Program-made: the position numbers and the translations under genes
Notes under the pieces: model-generated
Told to the model about the DNA's origin: nothing
The model's database searches: none
The model's input: the letters and a program-made list of their open reading frames with translations, nothing else
Origin: Selaginella moellendorffii
Lineage: Eukaryota > Plantae > Lycopodiophyta
Reading direction: 5' to 3'
Assembly (NCBI RefSeq): GCF_000143415.4
Contig: NW_003314267.1
Location: 1-64,000 of the forward strand
Length of the DNA: 64,000 bases
Part shown: positions 37,261 through 49,528 of the stretch, piece by piece
How the letters are laid out: each line of letters opens with the position of its first letter
How positions within the stretch are numbered: the first letter of the stretch is position 1

Positions 37261-39361
37261 GAAAATGGAATTATCTTTTGCAATGGTGTCTTGTAGAACT
37301 GTCTCATATCCGGGTATGATGAGCACTAAGAAGATCTCAACGGAGCACTGCAGCTGTCTGTAACAATGGTCTCCTCCTCCAACTGTGAGTGCACCATTGA
37401 ACTTTTATTGTTGCATTGATGGACTGGTAGCGAGGGGATGTTCCAGCTTCCCTCAGGTCAAGTTGACCATTGTGACTCTTGAATGTTAACTGTGTCCCTT
37501 CCTTTTTCTTATTTTTGTCAATAAAATTGGCAGTGCCTAGGCATAGAGCCAGCAGTGGGTGGCATTTCAGAATCTTGGCTTTGTTTTTTTTCTAGGTTGT
37601 GAAGAAGATAGCATATTATCCTTAAAAGTATAGTTATAGAAAGTCCAAATATAATTCTACATCATTAAGGAATGATCGAAAGCAATCTAAACTTATTGTT
37701 GGTATATAAAACTTAGAATCATATGTTATTTACATTCAGTTTCAAAATTGTGATTTTGAGAATTATATGTTAGCTACATTAAAAACTGTATTATGTTTAA
37801 ATTTCAAATTTGGCATCAGAGAATTATATGAAATTTATTTTACAAACCAAAATATGTTCCAATTTCAAAACTATGCTTGAGAAAATCATGTCGAACCTAT
37901 GTACACTGTTGAAAACCCATATCCAGCTAGTTTTCTTTTTCCAAACCATATTGTATTTTCAAAGATTCACATAAAAAACCATTGTGAAGAAAGATCAACA
38001 CCATTTGAAGGTTGAAGGCAGCATACAGCACTCCTAAAAATATAGTTTTAACAGATTCACTTTGAAAGATCTAGAGGATCCTAGAGAATCATGCATTCTT
38101 CAAGCCTTAACTCCCTCACCAGGCAGATTTTGTTGGACGAGCACAATGTCACTTCTTATAGCTTGGGGCCGCGCATATGGCATGCATTAAGCGCTCATGG
38201 CGCACGTTCATTGCATTCCTACCCGGATGCTGAAAAGATATTCTTCACAACGGTCGATACCGGTCAAACAAAGAAGTCAAACTTTGGCACAAGCAAAGCA
38301 GCAAAAATATTTTCGTTTTACTATCAATGGTTTGATTTGTGGAGCGTTTTCTTCTTCTTTAGTGGCACCCGCGAAAAATCTTAAAATTTTGTGACGGTGG
38401 TCAGTTAGGTCATCGATCGATCAATCGTTTCCTCTTCTTTTATATCTCGTGATCCAGCCTCTTCCAGTTTCTCTTCTTGTTGTTCATATACTCAAGAGAC
38501 TTGGAACTTGACAGCAAAAGCTCTAAAAGATGGTGTTCTATCTGAGAGGTTTTGATTTCTAATTTTGATATTCTTTTTGAGCTTTCTAACTTGCCATTTG
38601 TTCTTGAAGCCCTTCTCGCATTGGTAACCGGGTGAACACTTGATGAGAGGAGCCATTTCCGCCACTCTCAATGCCACCTAAAGTGGCCTTGAAAACCAAC
38701 CTCGAAGTTGACCTCCGACATGATTCCAGCCTCTTTAGATCATGGATAAAAATCTAGCAAGATCATGGATAAACATCTAGACAGCGGCCGTAGGTTTTGG
38801 GATTCTGTATTATAGACGACTGAAGGAAAAATCTGTTTTCCAAAGGTTGAAAAAGGAAATGCCGAGAATTTCTTTCTTTGTTCTCCAAATGGTGCAAAAA
38901 TGTTGATTAAGCTAAATTACAAGCTAAAGGCAAAAAATATCAGCACTTATATAGTAATGCCGGAACCCAGCTCGCAATGTTGTGGAACAGCAGAGCCGAT
39001 CAGTCAGCACCTATTGAGACACACATCACTGGACACCCCAGACAAGTCATTGGAGGCTGACGAAGATTCCATTGTGGACACACTCGCCATCTGAGGTGGT
39101 ATCGTCTTCAGCTCCCCATGGTTGATTGGAATTGGAGGCCAAGATTGCGAGGAGAGGAGCACAAAGGGCGAGAGCTCGTTTCAAAAATCTGGCGCTGAAG
39201 TGCAATGAGATTGATTTTCTTTTATTGCCAATGGTTTGCCTCCAATAAACTACGAAGATAAATAGGCACCCCTTCATCCTTAACACTTTGGGTTCCCCTT
39301 CATTGAGCTCTGGATATAATCATTCTTTTACCTTAAACACAACCTTAATAACTCACGCTAT

Positions 39362-40720
39362 TCAAAGTCCATGGCCATGTCGCGCTAAAACGTCCTTCAT
39401 AGCATGAAAGTACGGCATGGACATTGCCATAACAACAGGAAATCCTCCTTTGTACCAGGCAAGATCCGTGCCTCCCCACTCCCCAATGTCCCTGTAATGG
39501 GCAAAGTTGTGCATTATGAGGCTCTTGAGAGCTTGCTCCGACACTCCCGCTGCCAAGACCTCAGCTTCGGAGACCACACCAGACCCTGCAGTGATCATTC
39601 CCAGGAGCTGAAGGTACTCCTCCTTCGTCCACAAAGGCTTGGTCTCAGCTAGAGCAGCATCAGTAGAACCTCCTAAAGCAGGCCTTTTCCACTTTGCACT
39701 TACGGAGTGTGGGCGGCAGCCTAGCAACATCTCGTTGTAAAGCGCGCTGTGGAGTGACACCATGTAGGAGTTCCACGTCTGCTTCATCTCCGCCTCGGCT
39801 TCCCTGCTCCTCTCCTTCATATCTGCACCTTTAACCATGAGACAAGCCAGATGTGGAGATAGCTTGGCTGCTACTCTGTCCAGCAGTAGCATCCTCCCGC
39901 CAACATAGCCGTGTATCTCTTCCCACAAGGCCTGAGGAAACACGTAATCCTTGACGCTGGGACAGTAATACTCCCACGGCGACGTCAGCCCCCTCATGAA
40001 AAACTCAAATGACTCTTCGTCTCCGAGATCGCCAACCACCGCCACAGTAAACCTCTCTCGCCCTACCCTGTTTCCCATCCATATCCGGAAAGAGTCCTCG
40101 GAGCTGGCTAACACCACATTTGCCAGCTTCTTCTGCTTCGTGATCATCACCAACCACTCTTGAAGCGTCGCCAGATTCTCCTGCTCTTCACGACTAGCGC
40201 TCCACTCGTAAAGCCTGTTCGCCTCGTCTATGATCAGTGTGGGGAATGCCGCGGCCACTCCATGCGTAAACCCAGTGAAAGACGCTTTGACCGTGCTGAA
40301 CAAGGCTTCCAGTCGCTCAAGTAGAATCGTCATATTGTCCGGACTAGCAGCCTCGACATGTTGGACAGCCTCCTTCAAAGCTTGTCCAGTTTCCTTCTCT
40401 ACCTCTTCAGGAATCTCAACACCTACGGCAGCCTTCAATCCCTCACTGACCACACGCGATATCAGAGGGACGGCGGATTTGGCCTTGAGCTCCCTGCTGA
40501 AGCTAGCTGCAGTGTTGAACTTTCCCGCGCGCATATCGATGAGGATTGGGAATCCCTTTTGCTCTGCCTGCATCCTTTCCTTAAACTCGGACAGCAATGC
40601 CGACTTGCCAGAGTTCGGAGGTCCTGTAAGCACTAGCAGCTCACCATTTCCCGCCGTTTCGAGACGACCAAGCTCCAGCGCTCGGTTGTAGAAAAATGGG
40701 GCAATCCGCCGCCGCGCCAT
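39362..40720 (-). CDS. Archaeal-ATPase-like (STAND-type) P-loop NTPase, intronless, 452 aa
   Basis: N-terminal FYNRALEL (the F.DRE.EL motif), Walker A GPPNSGKS, Walker B LIIDEAN, sensor strand VVLASSE, helical-domain YVGGRMLLL and a winged-helix-like C-terminus. First ATG at 40720. Confidence 0.85.
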   Translation of the reverse strand: MARRRIAPFFYNRALELGRLETAGNGELLVLTGPPNSGKSALLSEFKERMQAEQKGFPILIDMRAGKFNTAASFSRELKAKSAVPLISRVVSEGLKAAVGVEIPEEVEKETGQALKEAVQHVEAASPDNMTILLERLEALFSTVKASFTGFTHGVAAAFPTLIIDEANRLYEWSASREEQENLATLQEWLVMITKQKKLANVVLASSEDSFRIWMGNRVGRERFTVAVVGDLGDEESFEFFMRGLTSPWEYYCPSVKDYVFPQALWEEIHGYVGGRMLLLDRVAAKLSPHLACLMVKGADMKERSREAEAEMKQTWNSYMVSLHSALYNEMLLGCRPHSVSAKWKRPALGGSTDAALAETKPLWTKEEYLQLLGMITAGSGVVSEAEVLAAGVSEQALKSLIMHNFAHYRDIGEWGGTDLAWYKGGFPVVMAMSMPYFHAMKDVLARHGHGL

Positions 40721-40749
40721 CCTAAATTCCAAAACCCTATTTCTGAAAG

Positions 40750-43700
40750 CAATTTATAGACCTTTAAAGTTTAAACTCGCGTCAAATTTTATCAACTTTT
40801 AGGCTCCTGGACACCACTCCTAATTCCCAAACTTACTTTGGGGTTTTCCTCAGATGGCAACTCCAAAGCTGTTCCAATTCCTCCTGGTTAGTGTGAGGGG
40901 ATCCTGGCAAGTAATCTGGAATCACGTCCTTTAGGCTGCATCCACATGCAAAAGACCATGGCTCCTCCATCGAAGCTGCTGAAAGTGGTAACGATAATGG
41001 ATGAGCATGTAGCCTAAATCTAAAATGGATGGCCGAAGGGGAAACTGCTTGTAACTGTGTCTTTCTTCGGTGTTTAAAAGGTGTGTTAAGAAATGGGCGG
41101 GTCCAGAGTGGCGACCAATCAGCAAGTCAAGTTTGTGCTGCTGCTGCTATAGAGAGGATTGGGTGAGGGTAATTCCCAACTCATTCTCATGACAAATTCC
41201 AAGACTCCACATTTTGCTTTACCCTCGATGGAGAATATTCCTCCTCTAAAATTTATGGAGTCTTTCAATAGGTGACCACGAAGGATTGCATTAGGCTTTG
41301 CTATGTGAGAACCCACGATGTTAAAGAAGTCATATTGAAGACTTCTACCAAATACTTAGAAAAAAGCAAGTGCAAAAGTTGAGAAATATGGAAGTAAAAC
41401 AAAGGAAAGATGAAAAATGGAAAGAAAGATGAGAAGAAAGTGCTGTAGAGTTTAGGGTTAGAGGGAAACTCTAAGCATAAACTACACAGCAAAAAATAGA
41501 AGTAGCAAGAGAGAAGGTAAAAAGCAAGGTGATTCAAATGAAAACAAACTCTTAGTGAATATGCAAATGCATCATCCTTAAGTTAGTCATTGTCAGAACC
41601 TTGGTCAAAATGTGGCTAGAAAGCAAAGAAATACTCTTGTCAATTGGTGGTAAGTGTAAAAGTGAAAATGGATGCATGAAAATGATGTGATGGTGTGGTC
41701 AAGTGTGATGGCGGCTTCTAATGAGAGAAAGTGAGCTGGTCTTAAACCAGGTTAAGCAGCTCCAAACAATAGCAATCTTTGTTGCAATGCTGTTAGAAGT
41801 GTGGCAATTGTCCACTAAACATTAGAGGAGATAGAAGAGGGTGTCAGCTGTTATGTCTACACCAAAGAGTCCACCTAGTTGCCTGGGGTACCAAGTTCAA
41901 CTGGTTGGAAGAATATACTTGCTCTATAAAATCCACAAGCCTAGAAATGAACAAAGAAGATTGAGAGCAAAAAAAGAAAAATAAAAAAGAAAGAGAAAGA
42001 AAAGATCTCACCACAAAGGTGGTGAAGATGGCCAGCCAGAATAATAGATGAAACTGGGTCTAACATGATGAAGAAATGCTGAAACTTGTGAGAGAAGAGC
42101 CATTGATATGGGGGCAATTGTAGATTGTTGGGGAGTGGGGGTATCTTTGCCTGCCCCTTTGTAGGTGGCTAATGGCTCATGGATGTGGCTCACATCCCAA
42201 TCAGGCAACCATGGTGGACTGAGCATGTTTGTAGCATGAAGAGAACTCTCAACCTTCAAAAGTTGAATGTGATGTCTGGTTTGGGGAACTACAGAAAACT
42301 GGAGAAACCAAAACGAAGTAAAGAAACAAAAGAAATAGAAGAGGGATAGAGTTTGGAGTCACAAAGAAAACCATATAAATTATGAATGCGAAGTCTAGAA
42401 AAAATAATAGGAGAAAACCAAAATGCAAGGTGTGAAGAAGTAATAGGTGACAAGAGAATTATAGGAAAGTGAATGGGAACCAAAGCTAGAAGAAGAGTGC
42501 TCACCTAGATCACAGCCTTGTGGGCTCGTAACCCTCCAAACAGTTTCTTAAATTGCCCAAGTTGCATGGAAGGATGAGAGAAATATGTGCCCTAGATTTG
42601 GATGAGAGAAAAGTGTGGATGTTGGTAAAAAGTAGTGGAGGGGATTGTGGATGTCAGGATTGGTAGCCACGGTATTATAATGTTTTGTGCTTTTGAATTA
42701 TTATTATAACTAGCTGCAAAACTTTCTGAAAAAGAGGTGGCAAGTACACCATCTGTCCAATGTGTCTAGGCTCCTATGTGTACATCAGGTCCAACTAGCT
42801 GCAGAATATTAGCTTCTAGAGTTGAGATTCTACAAGACACTCAGCTTTCCCAGAATCTCTCCTGGACCAGAACATTTGCCATGCAAGCCAAAGTCCAAGA
42901 CCTTGATGCAAAAGATTGAGAGCTCCATTCATTGAGTTGAAGGTAGATACAAAGGTGGTGATGCTGGAAGTGAAATCAGAAGAGAAAGGAGTTGCCTCAA
43001 CTGAGTATATCAGTGCTATTAGCTAATGAGAAGTCCTTCTGGATAAAGATGTTATAACCTAGTATCATAGAGCCAAGCTGTTGATAGTATAACATGACAA
43101 TGTCAAGTATTGAAAATTGAATGCCATGGCAAATGTCTGTAGGAACTATAGTGAGTAGCTTCCTTGAAGATGATGTTGTTGCCGAGTGTGGACCGTTCTT
43201 TAACTCATGAGTTCAAGAATTAAGCTCAATTTTTAAGTGTCGTATAGTTTTAATTTTTAAAAATTAAGATATTTTTTATATTATATATTTAGAAAATTTT
43301 CACTTTATATAGATAAAAATGTAGAAGAGACTTCTTAGAATTTAAATATTTACTATGTATAATAATAGATAAGTTAGAATATAAAATAAGATAGTATTTA
43401 TTTGTTAAAAAAGTAATTTGTCAACTTCCTTAGAATCCATACTATGTGCTTTTTGGTTTTTTAAATATCAATTTTGTCAGAATTTAAAAATTATAAAATT
43501 TAAAATAAGATTCTTTTGCAAAGCTATATAACATTTAAAAGGTAAAAATAAATTATTGATATAAACTTATTTGCATATAAAAGGGATACTCAATTATTCT
43601 TTGAAATATATTATTGAAGGGAATAAATTCAATATTATGTCTAGGAAGGATCCACTAGTATTATCCTAAACAACTACAAATTAGCCTATTTACCACTCAT

Positions 43701-44900
43701 GACAAACTCAAAGGAGGTTTACTTTTATCTATAGTTGTATGAGTTTACGTGTATAAGGCACATTAGCAACTTGATATTACAATTTGAGGTACTTAAATTA
43801 TCATATTGCCCAATCTCATTGGATAGTATTTGCTAAAATTAATGTTCTAATACTAAATATATGGTTTTTATAATATACCTTATGGTGAATTATCATAGGA
43901 TAACCACAAAAAAGAACCTAATCCTTAAATCCATGGGAACCTGAGTTTCATGGTATTAGGAAGGAATTTTTAATGCAAAGGAGGGAAAAGAATTAGGAGT
44001 ATAAAGTAACATTAGAATAGTTGTAGAGTATCTAGAATCCTAAGACTAAGTCTAATATATAAAATGGAATGAAATGAAATTTAATATTTTTTTAGTACGC
44101 AATTCCAGTGGTATAGAGGTTAGGCTTATACTCAATCTAAATGCAAAATAAAAATAAACAACCTCAAGTGATCTCCCATGCCACACCTATTTACTATCCT
44201 TATTATATATTTTGAATTCTATAGTCCTTTCCTCCCCTATATGAAAGCTCATTTTGGCCTTTCACCCCAATCCTTCAAGATAGTTTTTGGGATAAATTCA
44301 AAAAATTAATAAATATGGAATGGTTTTATATTTTGAAATTGGATACATGAATAACACTATAGTGTCCATTATTTACATTTTTTAAATATAGTATGTTTGG
44401 ATAAATAATCACTTCTTTCCTTATGCTTATGCAGCCAAAACTTAGTTTATTAAAACAAAAAAGACTAAGAAAGGAACTAACAATACTAATATCCTATTGT
44501 TGTGGTAGTATGAAAAAAATATCCAAAATGACTCATTAACAAGGTAATCTCAATATCCATAGTTTTGATTCCTTAGCAGTTACCTAGGTTTATTATCATT
44601 ATTATTATTCTTCTCCAGTGGAAGGGAAAAATGATCTAGCCTAGATTGGCTAAGATCTCACCAATGCTCCATGAGGGAGGGAAGAATAACATCAACTAGG
44701 CCATACAATTAAGCAATTGCCCCTTTAAAAGTTTGATCTGATCTTCATGATGATGGTTAGATTGAATCAGCTAAAAGTAATACCAACACTTCAACCTCAA
44801 GAAACAAAGAAGTAAGGACTATTGGCTCAATAGATTGTATAATAAATCAGTGATAAGATGTCTAAGCTCAATAATGCTTGAGATATTACCTTGTAATCTA
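40750..44900. other. AT-rich intergenic block, probably decayed TE or pseudogene debris
   Basis: No intact ORF. CpG-poor, with stop-ridden protein-like patches at about 40900-41330 and 42700-43200. Family not identifiable. Confidence 0.35.
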
Positions 44901-45267
44901 AGCACTCAAAACTATGGAGCCCACAAGGAACCTTAACATTTTGTTTCGAAGGTGATTCAGCAAGATGGTTGTTGCAACACCATAAATGTGTGATCGGATC
45001 GCAATGCCGTCTATGAAGTTACCCTGGAGTGGTCCACCACCTTCGACACTGGAGCTCATGCGAATGCACCCTGATTCGATTGCTCCCACAGCAGAAAAAA
45101 GCCACGACAAGGATCAGTTTTGGCGTGACCATGATCAAATCGTACGGAAAGACAGATCTTCTACTCAAAGGCATCGTCAATCTGCCCAAAGTTTTTTCGA
45201 TTTTGTCAAGACTTGTTTGCAAGAGTTTGTTTCCTTTCCCTAAGAACTGTATATCAAGTTCCATGGT

Positions 45268-45894
45268 ATGGACGACATTGTCACGCAAAATGTTATCTAC
45301 AAGCCATCGACCAAGTCGTGTAGATCTTTCCGGCTAGCATTTCCCGTTGGAATTCTCGTGTTGGTGCTATTCGTGGTGCTCTTTCGATTCGTGTTCGTGG
45401 CACACAACGTGGAGATCACGCACTGTTTTATGCAACTCATGAGTTCCAGCGTTAATTCCAGCTCCATGGCCAGCTCTACGTCTCCATTCGATCGAAATCA
45501 AAGCACCAGTTCCATATCGATTCGAGCCACGCTGGGACTCCGGAATCCCAACCTCGCCGCGAGTTTTGACTACTACAACGCTTCCTTCTGGCTCGAGCTC
45601 CAGGACGAGACCATCGATCGGTTTGAGCTGCGCAGCGGTGTTCTTGGGTCTCAGAAGAGCACGAACTTAACAGCAGTTCTAGTGGTTTTTGGTGGCAGCG
45701 ACAAGGGTCAAGCAAGACCCCAGTGGAAGAACACCAAGAACATTACTATCAATCATCGAATTCCACTCACGGTCCACTATAGCTTGATTGGATATGTTCA
45801 CAAATGGGCCAAGTTTAAACACCACTTCAAGCTTGGCAGATCCTGCCATGCTTCTCTCTCGTTGCCGAACGAGTCTATTTCTTATCAGTGCTAG
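45268..45894 (+). CDS. LEA_2 / NDR1-HIN1-like membrane protein
   Basis: Single N-terminal TM helix, TLGLRNPN.AASFDY, GYVHKW..FKHHF and a C-terminal C..C pair. Intronless. Confidence 0.8.
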   Translation: MDDIVTQNVIYKPSTKSCRSFRLAFPVGILVLVLFVVLFRFVFVAHNVEITHCFMQLMSSSVNSSSMASSTSPFDRNQSTSSISIRATLGLRNPNLAASFDYYNASFWLELQDETIDRFELRSGVLGSQKSTNLTAVLVVFGGSDKGQARPQWKNTKNITINHRIPLTVHYSLIGYVHKWAKFKHHFKLGRSCHASLSLPNESISYQC

Positions 45895-46591
45895 AAGATC
45901 AACTGTAGAAGATAACCATGTCACTAGGAGATCATTAAAAACGATATCCTCGATGAGGAAGAACACTTGGTTTGTTTCCAGGAAAGCCGTGTGGAGATTG
46001 TGGGTGTGAATTCAAAATTGTATACAAAGATTCCCCCTCCCGAAGTCATCTCCCTGTTCGTCAACACGAAGATTTTAGTGGCCTTCACGAAAGGAGAAGC
46101 TCTTTTTCTCCCTCTTGTCTTTCTTGTTTGAATGTGATTGAGAAATCCCTTGGTCTCTCAAACTCTCGCTCGCTCTCCTCCCTCATAACCGGAAAAGTCG
46201 CAAGAACAAACGCGTGGAGCCACAGTTGTCAAGAGCTTCAAAGCTTTATATTAGTTTTTTCTTTGTCCCAGAGAGAAGTTCTTCTTCGTCGTCCCTCTCT
46301 CGATCATATGTCCATGTCTAGGTTTTTAAAGTGCGAGAGAGGAGCTTTCCAATTCATATCTTTGAATTTGGTGGCTCGCCCCCGCCTAATTGATAGGTCG
46401 CCAGCAGAAGGGTGTAAAGGATTTCGATCGAAAGAATAGGAAAACGCTGACTGATTGATTGACTGATTGATACATGTTGGGTGGGCTTAGAGTGAATTGG
46501 AACCTATCCATCTAAGTTTCTTTTCTATCCATCCAATTTTATTTTTCCATAGTAAAGATCTGGTTCAGTCATGTAGAAAAGGAATAAAACA

Positions 46592-47260
46592 ATGGCTCAG
46601 GAGGAGGGGGGCTATGATCACGGCAATCCACGCAGGGAATTCAAGACAAAGAATTCGACGCGCAAGAACTGGAAATTGGCCGTCGTTTTGATCGTTTTAC
46701 TGGGAGTGATTGTTGTTCTCGTCGTGGGCTTGGCGCTCAAGCCAGAGCCTGCCGACATTGATCACAGCTGGGTGTTTTTGGAGGAGATGAGGCCTGTGCG
46801 GATCAATCTCTCGTCGCCCACCAGCAGTGCAGCGGCTCAAAATTCCTCCAGGCCTTTCAATTCCACTCCGAGATCGGGGAATTCGTCGGCCAGGATCGTG
46901 GGAGCGATAACAACAGTGCTCTGCCTCTCCAACCCCAATCTCTCCGGGAAATTCACATACTACAACGCCGCCTCGTTCGTCTTCTCGCTGCCCGGCGGCG
47001 ACAAGGCGGCCGGGCGGGCGGCGATTGCGCCGGGGACGATCAAGCCGCAAGCGAGGAGAAACCTGTCGGCCACCGTTCATGGGGAATTCGATGCTCCACG
47101 GGATTCTCCCTTGCTGCTGGGCGTGGAGACCAATTTGACAGGATTTGTCCACAAGTGGGTCTTGTTTAAGCACCACTTCGTGCTGTCCTCGATCTGCGAG
47201 CTCCAAATCTCCACAGCCAACACGAGCCTAGTGGATTACTCGTGCGGGCAAAGTGGATAG
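46592..47260 (+). CDS. LEA_2 / NDR1-HIN1-like membrane protein
   Basis: TM helix ending LALKP, LSNPN..GKFTYYN, IAPGTIKP, GFVHKWVLFKHHF and a C..C pair. Intronless. Confidence 0.85.
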   Translation: MAQEEGGYDHGNPRREFKTKNSTRKNWKLAVVLIVLLGVIVVLVVGLALKPEPADIDHSWVFLEEMRPVRINLSSPTSSAAAQNSSRPFNSTPRSGNSSARIVGAITTVLCLSNPNLSGKFTYYNAASFVFSLPGGDKAAGRAAIAPGTIKPQARRNLSATVHGEFDAPRDSPLLLGVETNLTGFVHKWVLFKHHFVLSSICELQISTANTSLVDYSCGQSG

Positions 47261-47396
47261 AAGAAATCCAATTCAACAGCGATGATAAAAGTGAAAGTTT
47301 AATTAAGAATATGCAACATCAACAACACTAAACGAATATCCCAACGAATAATCATCTCAAGAGCCCTAAAAAGAATATCCCGGCGAATAATCACCC

Positions 47397-47975
47397 CTAG
47401 AAGATATTCTTGTTTTCGCATTTGTAGCTCGCGATGGTCTGGTTGGCCACCGCCAGCAAGATCTGGCACTTGGAGACGCTCACCATCGAATGCCGGTAGA
47501 TGTTCCACACATTGACGCGCCCCTTGATCGCGCTCTCCGTGGTCACAGGCAGAATCCCCGCGCGCACGTCGCCCGCAAAGCTTGGATTGGCGATCACCCT
47601 GCTGGCCGCCACGTCCAGCACCGTGGAGATGTTCACGGAGTCCCTGGCCGGGATCCTCCCAGCGGGGACGAGCGTGCGCGCGGACTCCTGGCCGTGGTAG
47701 AACATCAAGACGGTGCTGTTAGAGAAGGCGAAGCTGGCCCTGTTTGGATTGTAGACCCGGACGTCCATGGCCAGGACGAGCTTGAGCGTCGGGGTGAACG
47801 TCGGGAAGTTTAGCGACGCCTCGAACTCCTGGAGCGTCATGCGAGTGACGCTGAGGTCCACGTCCCTGGGCTTGAGCACGACCCTTAGAACGATGGCGAT
47901 CACTGCCACCGCGACGAGGATCGAGACGATGAGGCAGCAGCAAACGTAGCAGCAGCGGCGAGCAAGCTTCTCCAT
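47397..47975 (-). CDS. LEA_2 / NDR1-HIN1-like membrane protein
   Basis: RRCCYVCCC plus TM helix, VLKPR, VRVYNPNRASF.FSNST..FYHG, VPAGRIPAR and GRVNV. Intronless. Confidence 0.92.
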   Translation of the reverse strand: MEKLARRCCYVCCCLIVSILVAVAVIAIVLRVVLKPRDVDLSVTRMTLQEFEASLNFPTFTPTLKLVLAMDVRVYNPNRASFAFSNSTVLMFYHGQESARTLVPAGRIPARDSVNISTVLDVAASRVIANPSFAGDVRAGILPVTTESAIKGRVNVWNIYRHSMVSVSKCQILLAVANQTIASYKCENKNIF

Positions 47976-48326
47976 GGTTTCTCCTCTCTGCTGGAAGCGA
48001 TTAAAGGAGAATGGAGAAGATGCAAAAGAGTTTAGCGAACCTGGGGATTATTGCGGACCACCAGCGTGTTCTTGAGCGCTCCGGAAGAAGCTTGCCGATG
48101 CTTGCTGCTGTGGCATACTACAAAAATCTCTAGAGAACAGTACCTGAGAGAGCCGGCGACCGAGAGAGAACACGAAAAACCGATTTTTGCGCGCTGGAAT
48201 GAAGGATCCTAGCTGCCTGCCACTTACACTAATTATGCTGCAAAGAGTAGGAAGAAAATTAATACACCTCCACCAAGCAGCAAAGAAGCCATACCTTAGA
48301 TATTTACGCTAGTCCTCTTTTCTTTT

Positions 48327-49315
48327 CTAGGAGGAAGTTCTTCGTTCTTCGGTATTGTCGTCGGCAACTCGTTCTGGGAGACAGTTTTTGGCGGCCGAGC
48401 ATTTCGCGAGAGGCACCCAGACTTCGTTGTGGCGGCTAAAGATCTTGAAAGGGCTGTCGTACTGCGCGATAGAGTAGGAGTCGACGCCGGAGATGGTTTC
48501 CTTGGACGTAGCATTGCTCCACAGTGTCTTGCTCAAGCTGGCGGCAAGCTTTGCGGCCTCCACCGCGATGTTCTCGTCTTTGGCAAAGCCCGAGAAGGAG
48601 CGGGTGGCGATGCATCGCTCGGGCCAAAACTCGGGAGCGAGGCTGAGCTCCGGGAGTGCCACTGGAGGTGACTTTTCGAATTGCGGTGGTAGAAAGAAGC
48701 GGACCCGGAAGGTTGAGGAGCAAAACGGGCCCGTGGATGGGACTATGCCGGTGAGCACGGGAGCTGTCATTGGGATTCGCGAAGAGTTTAAGTTGGCGCC
48801 TTGGATGAACTGGAACAATCTGTGGAAAAAGACATAAAAATTCTTAGTTACTTTCTCCTACGACGAGATACATCCGAGATGATCTATCGACAAAATAAAC
48901 TTCTCAATCGAAATTCACAAGACACAAAGATAAAAACCATTCGACATGAAACTATCGACAAAAGGATCTTCTCAATCGAAACTCACAAAATTAAAAACCA
49001 TTCGAGATGATCTATCAATAGAAGAAACTTACACAAAAATAAAAAACATTCAGCAAGACAATCTTACAAGCAGAAGACCAATTCATCCCAAATGCCATAA
49101 TCTCTCCTGACATACCTGTGAAATCCTTTCAGCGTTGCGCTAGTGAAAGACAAATCCTCCTGCTGCGAGGTCATCCATGCCGACGGCCGATACCGCCGCA
49201 CCTCGAAATCCGACTCGGAATGCACCACAGTGTACTGCGGCGAATCCAATGCCGGCGCCGCGACGAAGAGCGCCAGGAAGAGTGCCAAGAACAAGATGGA
49301 GCTCGCCACCGCCAT
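48327..49315 (-). CDS. SOUL heme-binding family protein with signal peptide, 2 exons
   Basis: LDSPQYTVVHSESDFEVRRY, GFHRLFQFIQGANLNSSRIPMTAPVL, RSFSGFAKD and YSIAQYDSPF...RHNEVWV. Confidence 0.95.
48876..49052. repeat. Intronic imperfect tandem repeat (about 60-70 bp unit, about 3 copies)
   Basis: GA.ATGA..CTATCGACAAAA...CTTCTCAATCGAAA.TCACAA...AAAAACCATTC recurs within the SOUL intron. Confidence 0.75.
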
Positions 49316-49528
49316 CACCAATCGCTCACACAGCACTGCCCTACAATATGGACACGATAAAACCTCACTGTGTGGCTTGTATGAAAACCAAGTGCTTTAT
49401 AAGTTAAGAACACGCTTTGAGGCAGAGCCACTGCTTTGGACGATAGCTCGCATTTTTATGAAGCTAAAAAGCAAAAGCTCGAAAGAAAGGAGTTTTTCTT
49501 CTCTTCTCGGGGTGATTGATTGATTTGC

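Noticed and set aside
38490-39290. Short ORFs downstream of the ATPase as a partner effector gene
   Set aside because: The frames are interrupted by stops, with no clear start or motif. They are likely pseudogene debris.
32641-49315. Two SOUL genes as a recent tandem duplication
   Set aside because: Their sequences and intron patterns are very different and they are 15 kb apart. At most they are old paralogues.
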